From IMG/VR virus record IMGVR_UViG_3300013126_000013: 52,341 nucleotides of DNA; one strand, written 5' to 3'. Below are positions 17,335-23,989 of this stretch, piece by piece. Position numbers and translations under genes: made by a program. Below the pieces are notes generated by a model that saw nothing but the letters and a program-made list of their open reading frames with translations, was not told the origin of the DNA and did no database searches. Source of the stretch: a virus (Duplodnaviria > Heunggongvirae > Uroviricota > Caudoviricetes). Numbering within the stretch: the first letter of the stretch is position 1; each line of letters opens with the position of its first letter.

Positions 17335-18416
17335 TATGATACAACCCTAAATTTAATGTCGTTTGGATACTCACCACCCTTTGAGTTTCGAATCTCAATA
17401 AGATATTTTTGATGAGCGTTTTCGCAATGAATGCGAGTTGATTTCGATGTGATTCCTGGATAGTCGATTCGTGTCACTTTTATGCTTTGAGATAACTCAT
17501 CGAGTTTAGCACGGTCGAGCCAGAACACTTTCCAACCACCAGGTTTTTTACGAACATAGAAGTAGTTCAAGCCCCATACTTGCTCAAAGATCTTTTGAAT
17601 TTTTGAGGAATCTACCGCAGGGGTCTTGAATTTCTTGCGAGTATCAGGATTGATATTATTTCGGATATCAAACCCGCTTTGAACTTTATTCAGATCAACT
17701 CCAAATGTACGAAGAAATTCTGCGCCTTCAGAATCTTCGACAAGATCACCCTTTGAATTGAATAAACTTTCACCGCCCGGCCACGCACTTACAGTTGCAC
17801 CGCTTATATCCTTAAGCGAGATGTACCATTTCTTTCCTGTGCTATCAGTAAGAACGATATCGCCAATAACAGCATTCAAATCTTCAAGTGGTATACCAGT
17901 CTTTCGTGTCGATCCCTTGCGCTGATTTACTTTTACAATTTCCGTATTTGCGAATGGTGGGTAAGCTTCTTCCATCTGTCTTACGAGCTTAACAAAGCTT
18001 TGTTCAGACGCGCCCATGAAAAACATATTGAGGTTTTCAACTGTTTTAGTCTCGAAGTTTTCACCTTTGTTTGCCCCGCGAGCAATGACAGCATCAACGA
18101 TTACACCCTTATAGGTAAACGTATAGCTTGGGTATTTTGAACTGTTCGGAGATATATCGTTGTATTTAGCGTCGAAGATCTTATTACCGCGTAAACCAGC
18201 TTTCAGATGAGCTACAAATGATTCAGATGTATCAACGGTCTTTACGATCAATTGCATTCTGAATTCGCGCGTAGTTTTATCTTTACCAGCCTTTCCCATC
18301 GGCAAAGCTGGCGCCACTTGATAGTTCTTGTTTTTCCCGATATTATTCAAAAGATCGGCGATCTCTTTATAAACATCAGATTTTGATTTAGCAAAGCTAG
18401 AAAAGGGCTTAACCAT
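17334..18416 (-). CDS. Putative PD-(D/E)xK-family nuclease
   Basis: KGENFE helix, then IGDIVL and YISLK (D...SxK variant of the catalytic triad). Confidence 0.55.
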   Translation of the reverse strand: MVKPFSSFAKSKSDVYKEIADLLNNIGKNKNYQVAPALPMGKAGKDKTTREFRMQLIVKTVDTSESFVAHLKAGLRGNKIFDAKYNDISPNSSKYPSYTFTYKGVIVDAVIARGANKGENFETKTVENLNMFFMGASEQSFVKLVRQMEEAYPPFANTEIVKVNQRKGSTRKTGIPLEDLNAVIGDIVLTDSTGKKWYISLKDISGATVSAWPGGESLFNSKGDLVEDSEGAEFLRTFGVDLNKVQSGFDIRNNINPDTRKKFKTPAVDSSKIQKIFEQVWGLNYFYVRKKPGGWKVFWLDRAKLDELSQSIKVTRIDYPGITSKSTRIHCENAHQKYLIEIRNSKGGEYPNDIKFRVVS

Positions 18417-18440
18417 AACGACCTCTCATTTCCTTTGAAG

Positions 18441-18448
18441 TATTTATA
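18441..18448 (-). promoter_or_regulatory. T4-type late promoter
   Basis: Exact TATAAATA 25 nt upstream of the 18416 start. Confidence 0.8.
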
Positions 18449-18449
18449 A

Positions 18450-18475
18450 AACAAAGGAGGAACCTCAGTTCCTCC
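18450..18475 (-). terminator. Intrinsic terminator ending the early-gene block
   Basis: GGAGGAAC-tgag-GTTCCTCC followed by TTTGTTTT. Confidence 0.7.
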
Positions 18476-18794
18476 TCATTTGCGATACTTCAATCGCTTG
18501 TTCGCCACTCATGATAGGCACAGCATTCGACTTATGCATGGTAGCAATGCCCATAATGTAATCGCCCGTGTATACTTTAGCTTCTTTCTTTGTACCGTTA
18601 CCAGCAATACCATTCGTGAGCTGTGCGTTCTCAACAATACCTTCACGAAGATTTACGTGTTCAACGCCTTTCAGCGTCTTGCGGCCATTCACTCCAATCG
18701 AGGCAAGCCATTCGTCATGGCGTGCTTGTGCTTCGATCATCCTCTTGGTCGGTTTCCTCTTTTTTGTCTTCGAGTGTATAGTCATAAAAGCCAA
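18465..18794 (-). CDS. Conserved T4-like hypothetical
   Basis: C-terminal YTG..IMGIATMHKSNAVPI motif recalled from T4-like phages. Confidence 0.7.
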   Translation of the reverse strand: MAFMTIHSKTKKRKPTKRMIEAQARHDEWLASIGVNGRKTLKGVEHVNLREGIVENAQLTNGIAGNGTKKEAKVYTGDYIMGIATMHKSNAVPIMSGEQAIEVSQMRRN

Positions 18795-19038
18795 GGGCGA
18801 CTCCTGTGAAGAACGTACGGCTATCAGCTGGAATATAATTTATGTGAAGATAAAAGTCAATCTCTTCTTCATCGGTAAGAATCATTCCACGAGAAGGATA
18901 CGGCATAAAGCCATCCATGTCCCAGTTGATCGCATCTTGCATTGATAGGTTGTAATCACGCATCATCTCAAGAATGCGCTTATAATAGATATCAGTAGGA
19001 TCGCGGCTTTTAGTGAATGTAGCACCAAAGTAGTTCAT
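18715..19038 (-). CDS. Hypothetical protein (acidic)
   Basis: ATGA-coupled to the upstream ORF; 3' end overlaps the next gene by up to 80 nt. Confidence 0.55.
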   Translation of the reverse strand: MNYFGATFTKSRDPTDIYYKRILEMMRDYNLSMQDAINWDMDGFMPYPSRGMILTDEEEIDFYLHINYIPADSRTFFTGVALGFYDYTLEDKKEETDQEDDRSTSTP

Positions 19039-19199
19039 GCGGATGCTCGCTCGTATACAGTTTCGACAAAGGAATACGGTGCACCACTCAAGCGCATTGC
19101 GGTGAGCAGCATATTATCTACATCGAATACTTCTCGAGCAGCCTCCATGATGCGAGCTTCGGTGATAGCTTCTTCGATAAGTTCACGTACAGTTTGCAT
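19035..19199 (-). CDS. Hypothetical early protein
   Basis: MQTVRELIEEA..., with AAGGAA upstream. Confidence 0.6.
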   Translation of the reverse strand: MQTVRELIEEAITEARIMEAAREVFDVDNMLLTAMRLSGAPYSFVETVYERASA

Positions 19200-19209
19200 T
19201 CGTTGTTCC

Positions 19210-19383
19210 TTAGTACCCAGGTTCCATGACGATAACACTGAACCGATTAACTTCTACAATATTACCACCTTCCCACTGAATCGTCAACTGCGAACCGTTA
19301 GTTGCGACAACCTTTCCGCGTGCATTCTTATTGAGAAATGCACGAACGTTTTGGCCGACGGTAACAGACATATCGAGTAGCAT
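19210..19383 (-). CDS. 57-aa early protein (small beta-rich, SH3/KOW-like pattern)
   Basis: Manual translation: MLLDMSVTVGQNVRAFLNKNARGKVVATNGSQLTIQWEGGNIVEVNRFSVIVMEPGY; GAGG RBS and promoter directly upstream. Confidence 0.65.
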   Translation of the reverse strand: MLLDMSVTVGQNVRAFLNKNARGKVVATNGSQLTIQWEGGNIVEVNRFSVIVMEPGY

Positions 19384-19411
19384 GGCTTTTCCTCTTTGCT
19401 TCTATTAGATC

Positions 19412-19440
19412 TATATAAGCTACTTCAAACCGAATGTCAA
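19412..19440 (-). promoter_or_regulatory. sigma70-type early promoter
   Basis: TTGACA-N17-TATATA. Confidence 0.75.
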
Positions 19441-19520
19441 CTCTTATTTTAGGTATATTGCACTTTTGTTGCAGCAATCAGATCACGAAGTTCTTGTTTG
19501 GTCATCTTTGGTTACCGCAT

Positions 19521-19682
19521 TCAGTCGTAATCAACGATGTATTCAGCCCAGACAGAATCGTAGCCGATATCCATCTGAGCTTTCCATTGACCGATGGTTG
19601 CAGGCTCAGTTACTGCAATCATGAACATGATGAACCCAATGAACTTGTAGATCTGGTTCAGAATAAGGCTATACTCAAACAT
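19521..19682 (-). CDS. 53-aa membrane-associated early protein
   Basis: Manual translation: MFEYSLILNQIYKFIGFIMFMIAVTEPATIGQWKAQMDIGYDSVWAEYIVDYD; TAATG-coupled. Confidence 0.55.
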   Translation of the reverse strand: MFEYSLILNQIYKFIGFIMFMIAVTEPATIGQWKAQMDIGYDSVWAEYIVDYD

Positions 19683-19771
19683 TAGTTTTTCTCCTCAAAG
19701 AAGGTTTCGATGATAGCACCAGCAAACACAATTACCACCAAAAAGACAACAGGGATGATTGCAGCAGTCAT
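19682..19771 (-). CDS. 29-aa single-TM peptide
   Basis: Manual translation: MTAAIIPVVFLVVIVFAGAIIETFFEEKN; TAATG overlaps on both sides. Confidence 0.55.
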   Translation of the reverse strand: MTAAIIPVVFLVVIVFAGAIIETFFEEKN

Positions 19772-19989
19772 TAGAAGTCACTCCAGTTCATTGCCATACC
19801 GACGTTGCATTCTGCGTTACGCTTAGCCGATTCGAAGTCTACGAAAGGACCAGCCGAGGTGAAGTTGTCGAGCAGGCGACCTTCGGGGGTAAACAGCATA
19901 TACTGGTTAGCATAGTTCTTGTTGATGATAACCGGCTTGATCGAGTTGGTGGCGGTGAAGACGGTTCCGGTTTGTTCGAAGGTCATCAT
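19771..19989 (-). CDS. Hypothetical early protein
   Basis: First ORF after the promoter at 20022-20049; AAAGG RBS. Confidence 0.65.
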   Translation of the reverse strand: MMTFEQTGTVFTATNSIKPVIINKNYANQYMLFTPEGRLLDNFTSAGPFVDFESAKRNAECNVGMAMNWSDF

Positions 19990-20021
19990 GATCGTTCTAC
20001 CTTTGCTCTGTTTATATTAGT

Positions 20022-20049
20022 AATATAAGTATTTTTTTACAAATGTCAA
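20022..20049 (-). promoter_or_regulatory. sigma70-type early promoter
   Basis: TTGACA-N16-TATATT, preceded by AAAAAAGTGCGC-N8. Confidence 0.75.
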
Positions 20050-20070
20050 TAGGCCAAGCGCACTTTTTTG

Positions 20071-20078
20071 TATAAATA
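20071..20078 (+). promoter_or_regulatory. T4-type late promoter for the homing endonuclease
   Basis: Exact TATAAATA 31 nt upstream of GTG 20109. Confidence 0.75.
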
Positions 20079-20108
20079 ATCGTATGGGTAGGAAACTTGG
20101 AGTAGATC

Positions 20109-20756
20109 GTGGTAGAGCATTCGCCATATACATATTTAGTGGGTTGGACCAAACATGATCTTTGGTACTATGGCGTGCAGTATAATTCAAAGGCTCGACC
20201 AGAGAATCTTTGGACTACATATTTTACATCTTCTAAGATAGTCAAGACCATAAGAGAAAAATATGGCGAACCTGATGTAATTGAAGTACGAAAAATCTTT
20301 AGTAATAAAGACGACGCAAGATTGTGGGAACATAAAGTCTTACGTAGAATTGGTGCAAGAAAGTCTAAACGATGGTTGAACCAAACCGACAATTTACATC
20401 ATTATCCTAGAAGTCCAAAATCACCTTGGAATAAGGGTAAAAAACTATCGGCCGAGCAAAAAGAAAAGATCCGTGATAGTCTTAAAGGTCGAACTCTGTC
20501 AGACGAACACAAAGCAAAGATGTCAGTTGCACAACAAAAACGTGACAAGTCTATATCAGATGAAACCAGACTCAAAATGAGAAATTCAAAGGTCGGAAAG
20601 AATACGACACCCGAGACAAAGGAAAAGATGAGAATTGCAAAACTTGGGATAAAGAAAGAACTAGTTAAATGCCCATACTGTGATAAAGGTGTCTCACCAC
20701 ATCTTTTTAATCGCTGGCACAACAAAAAATGCAAATTTTTTGAAGCGATTACGTAA
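20109..20756 (+). mobile_element. Free-standing Seg-like GIY-YIG homing endonuclease with NUMOD3 repeats
   Basis: YTYLVGW...WYYGV (GIY-YIG variant), YFTSS, E..WE..L, LN; repeated S.E.K.K(M/I)(R/S) NUMOD3 units; C-terminal CPYC...RWH...C; opposite strand to its neighbours. Confidence 0.85.
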
Positions 20757-20774
20757 AATCATAATAAATACTTG

Positions 20775-20900
20775 TATGGGTGCGTGTAATCACGTTAATT
20801 AACGTAGAGGCAAGTGTGATAGCATACAAAAACACAGATGGAACAGTTGGGGTCGCATCAAGAATGCCGGTGGGGTTCCGCCCAACATTCACGTATCGTG
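20775..20900 (+). ncRNA. Candidate structured non-coding RNA
   Basis: No ORF; AATAAATA late-promoter variant at 20763-20770; five manually found helices including an end-closing stem; terminator immediately downstream. Confidence 0.5.
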
Positions 20901-20906
20901 CACGGT

Positions 20907-20940
20907 GAAAAGCCGCTCAGTTTTGGGCGGCTTTTCCTTT
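20907..20940. terminator. Bidirectional intrinsic terminator
   Basis: GAAAAGCCGCTC-agtttt-GGGCGGCTTTTC, 12-bp stem with A and T tracts on the flanks, between convergent units. Confidence 0.8.
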
Positions 20941-21129
20941 TGCAGGATCATCTGGATACTTAAGAGTAAAGAACGGTGGAGTGAATCCATCGAACCCAGA
21001 TCCAAGGTTAAGCGAACGACATAGCTTGACTGCAGAATCTTTATCTACACGGCGTGCTACGATGAGTTCGGATCCTTTTTCAACGATCTCGTACGCGTTT
21101 TTGTTTTCATTTACTCGGTAACCCATCAA
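20917..21129 (-). CDS. Hypothetical protein
   Basis: Directly downstream of gp41; CRSLNLGSGFDGFTPPFF. Confidence 0.65.
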   Translation of the reverse strand: MMGYRVNENKNAYEIVEKGSELIVARRVDKDSAVKLCRSLNLGSGFDGFTPPFFTLKYPDDPAKGKAAQN

Positions 21130-22577
21130 TTAAGTCCTCCAAAATTCGGTTTCTTTTTCTTAAAGCTGCTTAGCCGCTGTGGTTCAAGCTCATAGCCTGG
21201 CTGAAAATCTGCTTCTTGCATCATCGACGAACCATCAAAGAGAGGTCGATCTCTTTGCTCGATCTGCTTAGGTCCACCAGTGATACCTTCTTGTGCAGAC
21301 TCTTCGACATCAAAGAGGCGCATCTTCGAACGGTCAATACCAACCACGAAGCGCTTAGGACTGTCAACACTACCCCAACGATTCTTTAGCTGTTTGACGA
21401 GAAGCTGTCCACGACTTTCATGATCTTCTGTTGAGATGAGAGCAAACATGAAGTCAGCAGTTGCAGGTAGACCAAACGATTCTGATGTATCTGTTAGTTC
21501 AACATCAGAGTTACCATAGCCAGAACGAGTGGTTTGTGTCGCAGTCATAACTGGAACATTGAACTCCATTGCAAGGCCACGAAGCTCTTCTGCGATCGCT
21601 TTAATCATCATATAAGAGTTCATGTTAGCGCCGTGCTTCAACCGAGCACTCATACAGATGTTCAAGTAATCGATAAAGATAACATCAGGCGCAAAGTTCT
21701 TCTTCAACTTCAATTCATTCAACAGATGACGGAAGTGGTTTGCACCAGCAGAACTCGTAGGATATTCTTTTACGATTAGTTTGCCCACTGTTCTTGCTTT
21801 TATTTTTGCGATCTTCGAGTTATAGATAGGCTTTGGCAGTAAACGAAGATCATCAAGAGTCACATCAAGAAGATTTGAATCGATGCGTTCTGCAATACGC
21901 TCTTCAGCCATTTCCATTGTAATATACAGAACGTTCTTACCAGCAGATAGAGATGCAGCAGCACAATGAGTCATGAACAAAGTCTTACCAACACCGGTGC
22001 CGGCAAGAGCAACCGATAACGATTTCTTACTCAAGCCACCCTTTGTAATCTTGTTGAAGTACTCAAGATCAAACTCGAGCTTCTCTTCTACTCGATGATA
22101 GAAGTCAAAGCGTTCATCTGCGTTCTCAAGAAAGTCGTGACCAACATTCGTATCAAAGCTTACGCCGAGTGCGGTACTCAATAGCTCTGGGATTGCTCCT
22201 TTGTCGAGATCTTTAATCTTTCCATCGAGAACAAGAATCGATTGACGAACGGCATTATAGATCGCTTTGTCTTGACAGAACTTTTCGGTGGTATTGACCA
22301 ACCAAGTCATATCAGTCTTTTCGTCGTAAGTCAGCGAATCAAGAGTTGCATTGACTTGTTTGTATCGTTCTTCGTTCAGCGAATTTGATGCATCGACTGC
22401 GATCTTAAGAGCAGCAATCGTAGGCAATCCATTATACTGGTCGATATATGATTTGATTGTAGAGTAGATAAACTTTTCGTTCTGGTCTTCGAAATATTCA
22501 TCTTTGAGAAACGGTAGAACAGTTCTTACATACCCCTCATTATGAATCATGCCTGCTAAGATTGTCTGTTCGATCAT
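21126..22577 (-). CDS. 41: Replicative helicase (T4 gp41)
   Basis: LAGTGVGKT, YITMEMAEERIAERID, IKEYPT-like VKEYPT, IFIDYLNI, TATQTTRSG, TSESFGLPATAD, QLKNR. Confidence 0.97.
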   Translation of the reverse strand: MIEQTILAGMIHNEGYVRTVLPFLKDEYFEDQNEKFIYSTIKSYIDQYNGLPTIAALKIAVDASNSLNEERYKQVNATLDSLTYDEKTDMTWLVNTTEKFCQDKAIYNAVRQSILVLDGKIKDLDKGAIPELLSTALGVSFDTNVGHDFLENADERFDFYHRVEEKLEFDLEYFNKITKGGLSKKSLSVALAGTGVGKTLFMTHCAAASLSAGKNVLYITMEMAEERIAERIDSNLLDVTLDDLRLLPKPIYNSKIAKIKARTVGKLIVKEYPTSSAGANHFRHLLNELKLKKNFAPDVIFIDYLNICMSARLKHGANMNSYMMIKAIAEELRGLAMEFNVPVMTATQTTRSGYGNSDVELTDTSESFGLPATADFMFALISTEDHESRGQLLVKQLKNRWGSVDSPKRFVVGIDRSKMRLFDVEESAQEGITGGPKQIEQRDRPLFDGSSMMQEADFQPGYELEPQRLSSFKKKKPNFGGLN

Positions 22578-22634
22578 ACGTACCTCATATAAATTGAACT
22601 GGTGGCAGCGGATCTGCCACCAGTGATATCACGC

Positions 22635-23714
22635 TTATTCGTCTTCAAGATCTTCGTCGTCAATGTCAACTTGCGCCTCGTCATCGTTGATGAGAGTACG
22701 AGTTGCGACAGTGTATTTGTTCTTAATATATTCTGCAAATCCAGTTTTGTCAAACATCATTTTCCAGAATACACCGTTGTCAGCGATTTCTTTTGCACGA
22801 AGAAGTTTATCGGAAAGGACTTCACCAGTCTCAGGATCAAACGCTTCATACCAGCCGACCTTTGGCTTACGAAGGTAACCACCTTCTTCAGCGACCTCCA
22901 TCAAGCCTGACCACTTAGCAATACCACCTTCAAAAGTAACAGTGATCGGAATCTTCGACTTTTCACGAACGTGACGAGACTTCTCGATGTTGATGACGAA
23001 GTGGTAGCCTTTGATCTCGGTGCCTTCCTTCTCCTGCTGACGACCAAGAATCCAGATATTGTCAGCCGACAGGTAGATACCAGTACCACCCGAGACGATT
23101 GCTTTTGGATACAGACCTTGTTCCATGTAGATGTGGTTGACCACGACCATTGGAATGTCTTTCAGGTTCAGGTGAGGAGTGACGATACGGAATACCGACT
23201 TCAGCTGTTTTGCACGAGACATGTCAGCGACCGACTTACCGTCAGCAGCATCGTCGACTTCTTTCTTCGATGCAAGGTTACCAATCGAGTCGATAACGAT
23301 AATGACATGATCTTTCTTCTCGATTGCTTCGAGTTGCTGAACGATGTCGAACTTGAGCTCTTCGATGTTCGTGATAGGAGTATGAATTACTCGGGCCATG
23401 TCGACACCAAAAGCTTCGAAGTATGCTTGAGGCGTACCAAATTCTGAGTCATAGAAAAGAATAATAGCGTCGTCATACTTCTTTTGATAAGCCGCAGCCA
23501 TAAGCAGAGCGAATGCTGACTTAAAGTGTTTCGATGGACCTGCGAGCATGGTCAGACCCGGCAAGAGGCCTCCATCCACACTACCGGATAGCGCAACGTT
23601 CACCATCGGAACCTGCGTCGGTACCATTTCTTTTTTACCAAATACTTTTGAGTCAAGCAACGGTGCGGTCATTTTGACCGTCGACGCCTTAAGCAATTTA
23701 TCCATTAGCGACAT
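22635..23714 (-). CDS. uvsX: RecA-like recombinase
   Basis: LAGPSKHFKS, FYDSEFG, IDSIGNLASKKE, DMSRAK, GGTGIYLSAD, IEKSR.VREKSK. Confidence 0.97.
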   Translation of the reverse strand: MSLMDKLLKASTVKMTAPLLDSKVFGKKEMVPTQVPMVNVALSGSVDGGLLPGLTMLAGPSKHFKSAFALLMAAAYQKKYDDAIILFYDSEFGTPQAYFEAFGVDMARVIHTPITNIEELKFDIVQQLEAIEKKDHVIIVIDSIGNLASKKEVDDAADGKSVADMSRAKQLKSVFRIVTPHLNLKDIPMVVVNHIYMEQGLYPKAIVSGGTGIYLSADNIWILGRQQEKEGTEIKGYHFVINIEKSRHVREKSKIPITVTFEGGIAKWSGLMEVAEEGGYLRKPKVGWYEAFDPETGEVLSDKLLRAKEIADNGVFWKMMFDKTGFAEYIKNKYTVATRTLINDDEAQVDIDDEDLEDE

Positions 23715-23989
23715 TATTCTTCTCCTTTACGAATGCGTTCTAGCTTGAGACGAAACTCTGCGATTCGCTCAAGTCTGTTCGGCCACTTAATTAACTCTTG
23801 TTGCGGATTTTTTGACAGATTTGTAAGTAGTTTATCAATAGCGGTTTGCATCTTTTCGAGCCTAGATTTTAAATCTTCGTTCTCGACTAAAAGATTGTCT
23901 ATTTCTGATTGATTATAACTCAGGATCTCCTCGGTGTCAACCGTTGAGAAGCCGAAGTCGTCGTCGAAGTCTTTGATTGTATTAGACAA
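23714..23989 (-). CDS. Hypothetical coiled-coil protein
   Basis: DFDDDFGFS...IKWPNR..RI; probable TTG start overlapping the gp43 stop. Confidence 0.6.
   Translation of the reverse strand: MSNTIKDFDDDFGFSTVDTEEILSYNQSEIDNLLVENEDLKSRLEKMQTAIDKLLTNLSKNPQQELIKWPNRLERIAEFRLKLERIRKGEE

Noticed and set aside
20101-20125. tRNA D-arm-like string TAGATCGTGGTAGAGCATTCGCC
   Set aside because: No anticodon stem, T-loop (GTTCGA) or acceptor stem follows, and it coincides with the HEG start codons (GTG GTA GAG CAT TCG). No tRNA gene was found in the window.
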